A stretch of DNA of 64,000 bases from assembly GCA_043825875.1 (NCBI GenBank), contig JBDRRF010000041.1:1-64000 (forward strand), given 5' to 3'. A program made the translations under genes and the position numbers. The stretch comes from Pseudomonadota bacterium. Its GTDB lineage: Bacteria; Desulfobacterota; Desulfobacteria; Desulfobacterales; RPRI01. Of this stretch, positions 48,002 through 57,800 are shown one piece after another; the first letter of the stretch is position 1, and every line of letters starts with the position of its first letter. The notes beneath the pieces are model-generated. The model made no database searches and was not told the origin of the DNA. It saw nothing but the letters and a program-made list of their open reading frames with translations.

Positions 48002-49606
48002 ATGTCACATAAAATTGTAAAACAACGAAATAACGTTTCGCCTGAAAATGTCAGACTTTTCAAATCCCTTGGATCTATAATCAAAGCATACCGGTTATGG
48101 CGTGGGATAAGCCAGGAGGTATTCGCAGAATCAATTAAAATCAGTGTTCGGCAATTACAGAATTGGGAAGCCAAACGTAGCCATGCCAGAATTGAGAATC
48201 TCCACGACATTTCCGAGTTCACAGGAATCCCGATGCAGGCTTTGGTGTCTCTTAATTCGGACCAACCTGTCTGGTATTGCATACGGAAACGTCGTTTTAC
48301 ATACTCTTTGATCGAAACAGAACAGTTTACCTCTCAGAAATTATTCAGGCCAAATGAAAAGCCGGAAGACCATTCTTTCCTTAATATAATCCCAATTAAA
48401 AAAGAAAAACACCTTGATATGATTCTTTCATGTCACCGGGATCTTTACGGCACGGAAAAAACATTGCACCACGATGTATTTATGGAAACAGCAAGGCGAT
48501 TTCCTGACTTAAATGTCATTATCGTTGATTATTTTGGCCATTATGTAGGTCATCGAATCTGTTTGCCTTTAAAAATTGATGTATATCAAGCACTTATAAA
48601 ACAAAAGACCATCGAGAACTATATAACAATAGAAATGATTAGTGACATTATAAAGCTGGGGGAAGGGGTTTTTTTTAATTATTCTACCTTTTCTGCTAAT
48701 GTAAACACATTATACAAAATGATTTTAGATGGCGTAGGATTCCTTTCCAAAATAAAACAAAAAGAAAAATACTTTCTTGCCACTCATACAGTCACAAAAG
48801 AAACATCGATCATACAAAACAATATGCAAATGAATTATGTGCGTAATTATCCTAATCCAAACGATGATGAAGTTTGCCCGGTAATCTATGAGACAAAATT
48901 GGATTTTCAACTGAGACCTGACGGGCCTTTTGGATGGATGTTGCATCCAACAACAAAGAAAGCGTCTACAAATAAACTGATTAATGGAATCAAACAGAAA
49001 CAATCGCCGGCCAATTCTATTCAAAACTCAGAGAAAATCTACCATCCAAGTGAAAGCAACCGGAAATCCAAAAAAACAGAAAACTGTTCGCCTTTAATAG
49101 TTGATGGATTGCCTTTAATAGTTGATAAAAAGAAGAATGATAAACATTCTGAAAAAGCGGAAACTTGCAAAAACCCCAAATGCACTTTATATGGTAAAAT
49201 TAAACAAGGAAATATAGTCTCAAACGGGACATACCGGACACAAAAAGGAACGCCGGGCCGCAGATTCTTGTGCAAGGAATGCGGCAAATCATTTTGCAGC
49301 AGAACAGGAACCATCTTTTATGACATACGTTCTCCGGAAGAAAAAGTTTTAAAAGCTCTTAAACTTTTGGTTAAAGGAATGCCTGTGCAGCATGTTGTAA
49401 AACTTTTGGGAGTTAAGTTTCATACGGTTCGCCACTGGCTTGAAGTTGCCGCTCTGCAAAAGGAAAAGATAAATGCCATTCTTATAAATGAGCCGGATAT
49501 TTCGCGGGCCGAATTAAACACTTTGTGGGACTTTGTCAAAACAAATTCTCTTCGCAAAAGAGCCCTTCTATGCAGGGCGAAAAATAAATCCTATGCAACG
49601 GAATAG
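48002..49606 (+). CDS. XRE-family HTH regulator with central putative sensor domain and C-terminal IS1 InsA-like Zn-ribbon/HTH
   Basis: IKAYRLWRGISQEVFAESIKISVRQLQNWE; CKNPKC...RRFLCKECGKSF..RTGTIFY...GMPVQHVVKLLGVKFHTVRHWL. Confidence 0.75.
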   Translation: MSHKIVKQRNNVSPENVRLFKSLGSIIKAYRLWRGISQEVFAESIKISVRQLQNWEAKRSHARIENLHDISEFTGIPMQALVSLNSDQPVWYCIRKRRFTYSLIETEQFTSQKLFRPNEKPEDHSFLNIIPIKKEKHLDMILSCHRDLYGTEKTLHHDVFMETARRFPDLNVIIVDYFGHYVGHRICLPLKIDVYQALIKQKTIENYITIEMISDIIKLGEGVFFNYSTFSANVNTLYKMILDGVGFLSKIKQKEKYFLATHTVTKETSIIQNNMQMNYVRNYPNPNDDEVCPVIYETKLDFQLRPDGPFGWMLHPTTKKASTNKLINGIKQKQSPANSIQNSEKIYHPSESNRKSKKTENCSPLIVDGLPLIVDKKKNDKHSEKAETCKNPKCTLYGKIKQGNIVSNGTYRTQKGTPGRRFLCKECGKSFCSRTGTIFYDIRSPEEKVLKALKLLVKGMPVQHVVKLLGVKFHTVRHWLEVAALQKEKINAILINEPDISRAELNTLWDFVKTNSLRKRALLCRAKNKSYATE

Positions 49607-49631
49607 AAAACAGAGGCCTTTGAAGCCCCCT

Positions 49632-49780
49632 CCCTTTTTGGCCGATTACTTCGTCAGACTCATTTCGCACGAATTGACACGTAATGAAACATAAGCACTA
49701 ACCTTTAGCGCTAGCCCTTAAATACTCATTGTATTGCAGTGGTCGAAATTCTCGCCTTCCTTGTATTTGACCAAAAAGGG
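49632..49780. mobile_element. Diverged member of the 7562-type MITE family
   Basis: Perfect 10-bp ends CCCTTTTTGG / CCAAAAAGGG; core AAATACTCATTGTATTGCAGTGGTCGAAATTCTCGCCTTCCTTG...TTGACCAAA resembles 7628-7683. Confidence 0.7.
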
Positions 49781-49792
49781 TTAAGGGTATTC

Positions 49793-51310
49793 CTAATGTT
49801 TCTTACATCTCGGTTTCTTCCCGATCTCTGACATAGCGGCTGCTTTCATAAGCTCCCTACCATCTTTTGGAAGAATAAAGCCTTTCTTTACCGCCTTATG
49901 TGTTGCTTTGGCCCATTGCCATACGAACCGGCCGTGATTAGGGTAAAGCTCTGCCATCTTCTCCGATGTGAAAGGTATAGTGGTTCCAAAAAGTCCGCAG
50001 AAAGATCCCTCAGGTGGAATTCCAGTGTTGCCAAGCCCGCTGAGCGCAGCAATTGGCACATCTACTTGGGGCGTTCTTATCCCACCGCGTACGTTACCGT
50101 GCTGATCGAACTCAAACATGAAGCCATTAGTTTCAAATCTTGGGGCCACCGGCGGAACAATCCCCTTAGTCACCCATTTGTTGAGTGCGTGAACCGCAGC
50201 TTGCAGTACCCAGTGCTGAGGACCGGTGTTAACCGGATAGTCGCATTCCATCAGGCCTGGAAGCACTATGCTAGGTGGATTCTGCATGGACTCCAGATCC
50301 ATGACTGCGTCTTGCCCGTCACCGATGTCGGAACTACCGTTAAGAACTGAGTATAGGTCAGCATGGGCGGTACCTGCAACCTCCCAGAGCCGGTATATGT
50401 CGGTGTCGGGTTGCGTCACGCTGAACCCGCTGACGGCAACATCTGTCTCGGTCATAAACACCAAAACAGGAACATTCAAGTCGTCACGGATCTGAGTCGG
50501 GCTCGGAACGTCTCCCGGATTAGGAACAGGCGCAGGAGTGCTATCCTGGTAAAGTGGCGCACCAAAATGCCAGCGGCTGTGCACGAGAAACCCGTTATAC
50601 ACATCCACTATCGGATGCACCGCATTTATGTATGTAACAAGGCGGAATGCAGATTGCGACTCACCTGCTGCAATAACCACAGTCGGTGTCAACCCATCAA
50701 ACATAGTGGCAGCGTTGTCCCAAATTGCCTGGCCTGCCTGGGAGAAGATATCGTATGAAAAGCTGTCACCCGGATGCGAGAGATCCTCGTAGCGAGGACC
50801 GCCAAAAGCCTTCGTGCTGTTAAGACCTATCTCCTGGGCTGAAATGCCAACCCAGATGTATCCACTACGGGCTAACTCATTGTGTGTTGTCGTCCAATCC
50901 GGTGCACTATCGAGTCCTGAGGATACATTAAACCATTCCACAATCACAGTTCCATTAAACATTTTTGGGTCGATAGGCCGGTACACAATGGCACGCGTCG
51001 TGTATGATGCGTTGGCATTCGGAGCAACAGTCCACTTTCCGTCTACACCAAAAGGTTCACCCGGCAACGGCACATAGGCATTTGCCGTACCTGAGATTAA
51101 AAACTCTGCCTGCTGGTAACCTATATCTGCCAAGTCGAATGAGGTCGCCCACAAGAAGGGCGCTCCATCGGTTAACGGACCTGATACCATTGGACTGTCG
51201 GCTGTCGCCGATGCAAATCCAGGATGAATGGTTATTGCTCCAAACAATAGAACTCCTAAAAGAAGATAGCACTTTAGCCATCTCAAAATCCTTTTATTAT
51301 TCCTTGTCAT
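49793..51310 (-). CDS. Secreted alpha/beta-hydrolase domain protein
   Basis: Signal peptide (ASA), FNGTVIVEWFNV, GESQSA nucleophile elbow, ETD, EVAGTAH, GGIRTP. Confidence 0.8.
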   Translation of the reverse strand: MTRNNKRILRWLKCYLLLGVLLFGAITIHPGFASATADSPMVSGPLTDGAPFLWATSFDLADIGYQQAEFLISGTANAYVPLPGEPFGVDGKWTVAPNANASYTTRAIVYRPIDPKMFNGTVIVEWFNVSSGLDSAPDWTTTHNELARSGYIWVGISAQEIGLNSTKAFGGPRYEDLSHPGDSFSYDIFSQAGQAIWDNAATMFDGLTPTVVIAAGESQSAFRLVTYINAVHPIVDVYNGFLVHSRWHFGAPLYQDSTPAPVPNPGDVPSPTQIRDDLNVPVLVFMTETDVAVSGFSVTQPDTDIYRLWEVAGTAHADLYSVLNGSSDIGDGQDAVMDLESMQNPPSIVLPGLMECDYPVNTGPQHWVLQAAVHALNKWVTKGIVPPVAPRFETNGFMFEFDQHGNVRGGIRTPQVDVPIAALSGLGNTGIPPEGSFCGLFGTTIPFTSEKMAELYPNHGRFVWQWAKATHKAVKKGFILPKDGRELMKAAAMSEIGKKPRCKKH

Positions 51311-51502
51311 TTTATTCCTTCTCCTTTCTTATTTGTTATTGCAATTAAATCCGCCGCTCACCCAAAATGCAAAATATGGTGAACTGAAAATATTGCCAAT
51401 CAGAAAGACTGTCTATTAACCTTAGCTAATCACCACCTCCTTTTTCCAGATCAAGAATTCAATTAATATGATTTGCAAGTCAATTTGATCATTGATTTTT
51501 TG

Positions 51503-52369
51503 CTACATTCCCAAAGCCTGCATCACTATTTTTGAAATAGATATTATTTCGATTTTCCCCTGGGACGCCTGCCTCAATATGAATTCGCCATCACCGCAGG
51601 GAACCAGAATGGCCTTTAAATTCTTTTTTCCGGCTTCTTCCAAAATGCGATCGGGCTGTTGTTTACAGCAATACTTGTTGGGTAAATCTACGAGTGTCAA
51701 TCCTTTTATATTACCTAATACCTTGCGATACCTTGGCCAATCGAGATTTGTATTGTACGGAAACTGCCTGTGACAGCCTTCATAATATCCCATTTCCATA
51801 GGAGCAATCTCAAGCTTTTTTTCTTCAAGCTTGTCCATGATTACGTCCCAAACCCACCGATGGGAAGCGGTATCTTCAGGAAAGGTGTTTTTTACCAAAG
51901 CGGCGCATACATGACACATGTAGACCATGTCTTTTGCTCCTAACTGTTTGCCCAAGTCCCAATTAATTTGCATTAATCCTTTACATTGTTCCTTTACTTT
52001 TTGCCGTTCTTCTTCTGTAATATCAATAAATTCAATACTATCCTCAAGCACCGGGGCACCGCAGCATAACTCTTTTTCTAATGAGTAGTTATATTCAATT
52101 CCAAGCAGATCCAGAATATTGAACATGTTGAGTACCTGAGATGGTATCCAGAAAGGAACATAACAGCCGAATGTCAGAAAGTTTTTCGCATCTTTTTTAG
52201 GCTCGGGAACACCTATGGCTTTTAACAGTCCTGCTCTTAACATCCAGGCAGGAGCATGATTCCCGGTTTTTTTAATATCCTCCAACTGTCCTTGTAGTGT
52301 TCTCCCATCTGCAAAGTACGCGATCAACTCTTGAAAAAATGCGGTATAAGATACATTTCTTTCTTTCAT
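51503..52369 (-). CDS. Stand-alone CCG-domain Fe-S protein, paralog 3
   Basis: Close paralog of 19618-20490; TGNHAPAW, FGC, CCGAP, CHVC, EGCH, CCKQ, PCGDG. Confidence 0.85.
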   Translation of the reverse strand: MKERNVSYTAFFQELIAYFADGRTLQGQLEDIKKTGNHAPAWMLRAGLLKAIGVPEPKKDAKNFLTFGCYVPFWIPSQVLNMFNILDLLGIEYNYSLEKELCCGAPVLEDSIEFIDITEEERQKVKEQCKGLMQINWDLGKQLGAKDMVYMCHVCAALVKNTFPEDTASHRWVWDVIMDKLEEKKLEIAPMEMGYYEGCHRQFPYNTNLDWPRYRKVLGNIKGLTLVDLPNKYCCKQQPDRILEEAGKKNLKAILVPCGDGEFILRQASQGKIEIISISKIVMQALGM

Positions 52370-52375
52370 TGTGTG

Positions 52376-53209
52376 TTATCTCCTTTTCATAAAGTATTTC
52401 TCGCTGCTATCCCACTTAGAATCGTGCTGCCTGTCCATATCTATCGGCAATGCAATGCCTGTAATATCTGAAGCTGCGTCTGAGCATAACCACACGACCG
52501 CTGCTGCAAATTTCTCAGGCGTCCTAAATCGTTTCAAATTAACCTGAAGCTTAGGATGTGTTGATATGCAGGCTTTATTCTTTTTTGTAGCAATAGGGCC
52601 AGGATATATGGCATTTACACGGATACCTGCCCTGGCATATTTCAACGCCGCTGTTTTTGTCAGCCCAAGAATTCCATGTTCAGTTGTTGTGTAAGTGGAC
52701 ATAGGTGGCACAAAAACCAATTCAGCGTCAGATAATTTATTGACAATAGTCCCGACCCCTTGCTTAAGCATTTGCAAAATCTCATACTTCATGCACAACC
52801 AAACACTATTCGTACAGATAATACTATCCCAGGTTTCCTTATCGTGATCAGCCGTCAAAGGTAGAGGTTGCCCAATGCAGGTATTATTAAATGCAAAGTC
52901 AATCCGGCCGTACCTCTCAATCACCTTTAGAATTAATGCCTCAGTCTCACTTTCCTGATAAAGATCTGCTTTGATAAAAACTGACTTCCCTCCAGCCTCT
53001 CTGATTATCCGAACTGTTTCTTCCCCTCCTTTGGCCAGAATGTCTGATACTACAACATTCGCCATTTCCTTGGCGAAAGCCAAAGCTGTAGCCCGACCGA
53101 TTCCTGCGCCTCCACCTGTCACCAATGCTACTTTGCCTTTAAATTGCCCTCCCAAGCAATTTGGTGGTATTTGTATCTTTGGGGATTTTGGCAAAGCTAC
53201 CTGTGCCAT
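52376..53209 (-). CDS. Degenerate SDR, tandem duplicate of 53225-54001 (probable pseudoenzyme)
   Basis: Collinear with its neighbour but YxxxK is YTTTE, NNAG is NNTC, with short in-frame deletions. Confidence 0.7.
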   Translation of the reverse strand: MAQVALPKSPKIQIPPNCLGGQFKGKVALVTGGGAGIGRATALAFAKEMANVVVSDILAKGGEETVRIIREAGGKSVFIKADLYQESETEALILKVIERYGRIDFAFNNTCIGQPLPLTADHDKETWDSIICTNSVWLCMKYEILQMLKQGVGTIVNKLSDAELVFVPPMSTYTTTEHGILGLTKTAALKYARAGIRVNAIYPGPIATKKNKACISTHPKLQVNLKRFRTPEKFAAAVVWLCSDAASDITGIALPIDMDRQHDSKWDSSEKYFMKRR

Positions 53210-53224
53210 ATGTTTTTCCTACCG

Positions 53225-54001
53225 CTATTCTACCGTACAGCCCTGTGCTGCCTGTCCACCGTCTATCGGCATAGCAATGCCTGTAACATATGAAGCTGCG
53301 TCTGAGCACAACCACACTACCGCTGCTGCAATTTCGTCCGGCGTCCCAAATCGTTTCATCGGGCTCATTGCAGCAAACTTATTCTCAAGTTCAGGATGGG
53401 CAGCCACGTATGCTTTATTACCTTCTGTAGCAATAGGGCCGGGACATACGGCGTTTATGCGGATACCGGACCTGGCATATTCCAAAGCCGCTGTTTTTGT
53501 AAGTCCTAAAATTCCATGTTTACTTGTTGAATAGGCAGACATGGTTGGAACCCCAAACAATCCTGCTCCTGAAGATGAATTAACAATGGCCCCGGCTCCT
53601 TGCTTGAGCATCTGCGGAATCTCATACTTCATACAAAACCAAATACTATTCAGGTTTGTACTGATAATACTATCCCAGGTTTCTTTGCCGTAATCAGCCG
53701 TAAGAGAAGGAGGCTGACCGATACCGGCATTATTAAATGCAAAATCAATTCGGCCGTAACTCTCGATCGCCTTTAAGATAAATCCCTCAACTTCACTTTG
53801 CTTAGAAACATCTGCTTTAACAAAGATTGACTCCCCGCCGGCCTCTTTGATCATCTGAACCGTTTCTTCTCCTCCTTTTACCAGAATATCGGATATGACA
53901 ACCTTAGCCATTTCTCCGGCAAATGCCAATGCTGTTGCCCGACCGATTCCAGAACCTCCCCCGGTTACCAATGCTACTTTGCCTTGAAATTGTCCTCCCA
54001 T
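53225..54001 (-). CDS. SDR family oxidoreductase
   Basis: TGGGSGIG, NNAG, YSTSK, NAVCPG. Confidence 0.92.
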   Translation of the reverse strand: MGGQFQGKVALVTGGGSGIGRATALAFAGEMAKVVISDILVKGGEETVQMIKEAGGESIFVKADVSKQSEVEGFILKAIESYGRIDFAFNNAGIGQPPSLTADYGKETWDSIISTNLNSIWFCMKYEIPQMLKQGAGAIVNSSSGAGLFGVPTMSAYSTSKHGILGLTKTAALEYARSGIRINAVCPGPIATEGNKAYVAAHPELENKFAAMSPMKRFGTPDEIAAAVVWLCSDAASYVTGIAMPIDGGQAAQGCTVE

Positions 54002-54136
54002 GTCAGCACCTCATCAAATTACCAATTTGCTGCAAGATAGTACTTACTACTTACAGCATTTGTCATAATAATATTCCGATATCTTCAGTTGTCATCCGGG
54101 TATGATTAAGTATTTATGAAAATTGATATGGATTTT

Positions 54137-54664
54137 TCAGAGTCTGTTTCGCTTGGAGAGTTTTTTACCAACCAATCCGCTCAGCCACAGTAAACCACCG
54201 AAAAATACAATACCTACAAAAAGCGCGCTAAACATCTGGGGAAAATCACCGTCTGCTTGCAAATGTGGAATTGTACCCACGGTGAGAAACAACATGGTGG
54301 CATTATTCACCAGTTTTTTAGCCCAGCCCATTACCAGGCAATACACCAGAAAAACTACCAAACAAAGAGCAAGTATTAATCCTGTAGTCCCGAAAACCTG
54401 CGGGAAGGCATGCAGTAAAAACGCTGTCAGCAACCCGGCAGTTGAACCGATAATACTATCAACAATCCTGTCAAAGCTCATCTGCTCAACTCCCGCCCAG
54501 TAAAACAACCACAAAAATCCTGCCCAGAACTCTGAAATACCCAAATAATGTGTAATGGAAAGGTAGATAACGACTACCAGGGCAACTGCAACCACCATCA
54601 TCAGTCCTTTAACGGGAGAAATGGGCTGGTTTATCTTTTCCTGTTCCACTTTATTTTCATCCAT
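54137..54664 (-). CDS. Hypothetical membrane protein
   Basis: 175 aa, five to six hydrophobic segments, WAGFLWLFYW. Confidence 0.75.
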   Translation of the reverse strand: MDENKVEQEKINQPISPVKGLMMVVAVALVVVIYLSITHYLGISEFWAGFLWLFYWAGVEQMSFDRIVDSIIGSTAGLLTAFLLHAFPQVFGTTGLILALCLVVFLVYCLVMGWAKKLVNNATMLFLTVGTIPHLQADGDFPQMFSALFVGIVFFGGLLWLSGLVGKKLSKRNRL

Positions 54665-54718
54665 AATTAAGTTTTCCTTATAACCACTCCCCAGCCATGC
54701 TCCGATATCCTGTCAGCT

Positions 54719-54961
54719 CTATCCGCCTGCCAACGGCTTTAGTATGATGACACAATCTCCATCGTATAGAACTTTCTCTTTTGCTACAGCTCTTTGCTTG
54801 ATCATGAAGCACGTTCCTTTATCGATTGCAAGATTGCCGAGCTGCTCGCTCAAAGATCGTACCAGATCGCTTACTGTAGCACCTTTGGGCAACTCAACCG
54901 AATACGCCTCTTTGCCACCCATGGCCTTTCCAGGCAAATAGAACTTGACCGTAATAATCAT
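54719..54961 (-). CDS. moaD: MoaD/ThiS family sulfur carrier
   Basis: Ubiquitin-like size, ATVSDL, L.DGD.V.I..PLAGG with terminal GG; next to an AOR; start could be GTG 54970. Confidence 0.82.
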   Translation of the reverse strand: MIITVKFYLPGKAMGGKEAYSVELPKGATVSDLVRSLSEQLGNLAIDKGTCFMIKQRAVAKEKVLYDGDCVIILKPLAGG

Positions 54962-55017
54962 AGCATCCACTCATTCAGCGATATTTCTTTGGAGATGTCC
55001 CAGCCATTTGGGCAGTG

Positions 55018-55827
55018 CTATGCCTCTGAAAGCATCTGAGTTTCGGCAATTGCCATGAACCCATTGTCAATCTGCAAGTCCACGCCATTGATAAAGCTTG
55101 CCATATTGCTGTTCAGAAAAACCAGGGGGTGCCCCATTTCTTCTGCCGTGGCATAACGGCCGATCGCGTAGCTCTTTATCATTTCTTCCCCGTGAGCGGC
55201 AATAAAGGCCGACAGTAATGGAGTCGCTGTCGAAGCGGGACTCAGGCTGTTAATCCGGATTCCTTTTTCTATCAACTCGCCCGCTTTCATCCTCACATAG
55301 GCGTTGATACACTCTTTCGATACGGTATAGCCTCCACCAGGAATTGCAGCGAGTCTTGCGGGATCAGCTTTTAGCCAAGCCCGCGCTTCATCAAAGCCTG
55401 GTGTAGCCAGCAATTCACGGTATTTCGACAGATTCGCCCGCCAATTTGCGCCACCCAGTGACGAAATGATTGCAATCGCACCTCCAGCATCCAGCCGTGG
55501 CAAAAGACTCTCTATGAGATGCCTGTGTCCTACAAAGTTTACCATGACAGTATCCACGTCAGAAAAAGGCGGACCCGGCAAGCCAGCGCAGCAAAAGATG
55601 CTATCCACTTTCCGGGGAAGCTGTTGCAATGCCTCGTCAATTGATGCTTTCTTCCCAAGATCCACGGGAATGTACTTTTTTGTTTTGACCGGTACTTCTT
55701 TTACATCAAGAGCATAGATCTCCGCCCCCAGCTCCAACAACATCTCGGTAGCTGCCAACCCCATTCCGGAGGCTGCGCCGTCGATCACGACTTGTTTTCC
55801 TTTATAGCCCCAGTAATTTTCTTTCAT
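55018..55827 (-). CDS. SDR, 3-alpha-hydroxysteroid / coniferyl-alcohol dehydrogenase-like subgroup
   Basis: DGAASGMG, CCAGL, VNFVGHRHL, YTVSKE, IRINSLSP..TATP. Confidence 0.85.
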   Translation of the reverse strand: MKENYWGYKGKQVVIDGAASGMGLAATEMLLELGAEIYALDVKEVPVKTKKYIPVDLGKKASIDEALQQLPRKVDSIFCCAGLPGPPFSDVDTVMVNFVGHRHLIESLLPRLDAGGAIAIISSLGGANWRANLSKYRELLATPGFDEARAWLKADPARLAAIPGGGYTVSKECINAYVRMKAGELIEKGIRINSLSPASTATPLLSAFIAAHGEEMIKSYAIGRYATAEEMGHPLVFLNSNMASFINGVDLQIDNGFMAIAETQMLSEA

Positions 55828-55872
55828 ATTTAATATCCTTTGCCTTTAGATTGATTGCTGTTTAACGCATAG

Positions 55873-57729
55873 TCATGCATATAGATCCCGCGCCACGTTC
55901 TCCATGCCTTTCATAGCCTCCAGCGCGCCCCGCTCAGGTTTGCCGGTTTCACGATTCCAACCCAGTGCCGCAAAGAACTTTTCTCCCATCATCTTATGGT
56001 CGACAGCTACGCCGGCAGTAGGCCCTTCTTTCAAAGGCGGTTCTCCCACAATTCGGGCAGGCATTTGAATGCCTGTAGGTACCAAACCCTCACGCAGGTT
56101 AAAGGCATGCCTCATAGTCAAAATGCGCAGGCCGGTTTGGTACATGTCCTGATCGTTAAAAGGCATTCCGGTTATAGCCGCGATATAAGACGGCAGAGAG
56201 CCAAATGGAGATGCAAACATAAAGAACATGCAGAAACCTGAAGCATTGAGTACCTCCATATAACAAGTGCCTCCCACGTCAGCTTGACCAAAAGAAGGAT
56301 CAGAAGGCGGAATCCCTGACAATCCACCACCACCTTTACAATGGCGACCCGGTGTCGGATCGTATTGGAAGGTCCGGGCCACTACAGGCTGCAGTCTGGG
56401 ATCGTGCATGCCGGGCTCTATACCTGAAAAAGTTATCAGGCACTCGGTTCCCTTGCCCCAGATTTTGGCTGCGCCTGCCGAGCCCCGGGCCAGTACTTTA
56501 CCGCATCCATTCTGGTCGGCGATCTTTTGTGTGATCTCCACCACGGCCTCGGCGTTTCCCCATTTCAGATCAATGCCGTCCAGGTCCTCTTTGGTGAGCA
56601 CCCCATTCTCATAGCATTCCATTGCCCAGGCCAGGGTAGAACCAGCTGATATAGTATCCAGGCCGTACCGGTTGCAAATTTCATTGCACTTCAGGATCGC
56701 TTCCACATCGTCAACCAAAAGAAGCGTGCCAAAGGCGGCGGCTGTTTCGTATTCCGGCCGTTCGGTCTCTCCCAAAGGCCACTTGCCAGAATCCACACGA
56801 TATACTGCCCCACACTTGAGCGGGCAATTTGCACAGCCATATTTAGCAGTCTTATACTTGGTGTCAAACGACTGCGAACCGATTTTCTGCGCCTTCTCCT
56901 CTCCGAAATCAACAATGCCCACACCTGCCCAGTTCTTCACCGGCGAGTCACCGGACAGGGCTGAAGCCGTGGTAGTTGCTCCTGTACCCAGTGTCTTGAA
57001 TCCGGTCACATACCAACCTATAGGGTCATCCGGAGGATTTTTTATAATCGCCATGCAGGCCTTGTTCAGTTCATTTACTTTTGCCCGATCAGCCACCGGA
57101 ATCTTGCCGGTCCCATGGACTGCGATGGCCTTAAGCTTCTTTGATCCCATCACGGCGCCTGCACCGCCACGGGCCGCAGCTCTGTGCCCGTCATTTATAA
57201 TACAGGATATCAGCGACAGCTTTTCACCCGCAGGCCCGATAACTGCTGCCCGCAGCTTGCTCTCGCCCGTCTCCTTTTCAAGGGCCTTTTGGGTATCTTT
57301 AGAATCGAGACCCCAGAGGCGACTTGCGTCGCGGAGTTCGGCCTGTCCATTTTTAATCCACAGGTATACCGGTTTTTGAGATATTCCTGAGATAAACACA
57401 GCATCGTAACCGGCCTTCTTTAACTCCGGGCCGAAGAAACCGCCAGAGTTGGCGTCATTAAAACCGCCGGTAACAGGCGATTTACATACAACTGTGTAGC
57501 GTCCTCCTAGTACCGCCCCAGTCCCGGTTACAGGGCCGGTTACAAACCCCAGAATGTTATCCGGGCCCAAAGGATCGGTACGGGGTTTCATCCTGTCATA
57601 CAAAACCCTGGCACCGATTCCATATCCCCCAAAGAAATACATAGCAAGGTGATCGTCAAGTATCTCTTCGGTGATGGCGCTTGTGGTTAGATTGACAAAG
57701 AGAATTTTGCCTACATATCCACTAAACAT
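55873..57729 (-). CDS. aor: Tungsten aldehyde:ferredoxin oxidoreductase, AOR3 (classical type)
   Basis: KSPVTGG, ELKKAGYD, RAAARGG, CANCPLKC, PEYET, NRYGLDTIS, HDPR; ATG 57729 after AGGAGG. Confidence 0.92.
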   Translation of the reverse strand: MFSGYVGKILFVNLTTSAITEEILDDHLAMYFFGGYGIGARVLYDRMKPRTDPLGPDNILGFVTGPVTGTGAVLGGRYTVVCKSPVTGGFNDANSGGFFGPELKKAGYDAVFISGISQKPVYLWIKNGQAELRDASRLWGLDSKDTQKALEKETGESKLRAAVIGPAGEKLSLISCIINDGHRAAARGGAGAVMGSKKLKAIAVHGTGKIPVADRAKVNELNKACMAIIKNPPDDPIGWYVTGFKTLGTGATTTASALSGDSPVKNWAGVGIVDFGEEKAQKIGSQSFDTKYKTAKYGCANCPLKCGAVYRVDSGKWPLGETERPEYETAAAFGTLLLVDDVEAILKCNEICNRYGLDTISAGSTLAWAMECYENGVLTKEDLDGIDLKWGNAEAVVEITQKIADQNGCGKVLARGSAGAAKIWGKGTECLITFSGIEPGMHDPRLQPVVARTFQYDPTPGRHCKGGGGLSGIPPSDPSFGQADVGGTCYMEVLNASGFCMFFMFASPFGSLPSYIAAITGMPFNDQDMYQTGLRILTMRHAFNLREGLVPTGIQMPARIVGEPPLKEGPTAGVAVDHKMMGEKFFAALGWNRETGKPERGALEAMKGMENVARDLYA

Positions 57730-57800
57730 AAGGGTACCTCCTATTTTCTTGCATATAAAAGTACAAAAACTTACTTTTCCTACAAAAGCGATACCGGGAC

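Noticed and set aside
49150..49606. Active IS1 element
   Set aside because: Only the Zn-ribbon/HTH part is present, fused in frame to a regulator; no DDE domain or IS ends seen
56672..57379. Long antisense ORFs (e.g. 56672-57379, 52971-53534, 11778-12326, 15200-15721)
   Set aside because: They are shadows of well-supported genes on the opposite strand, with no motifs or RBS
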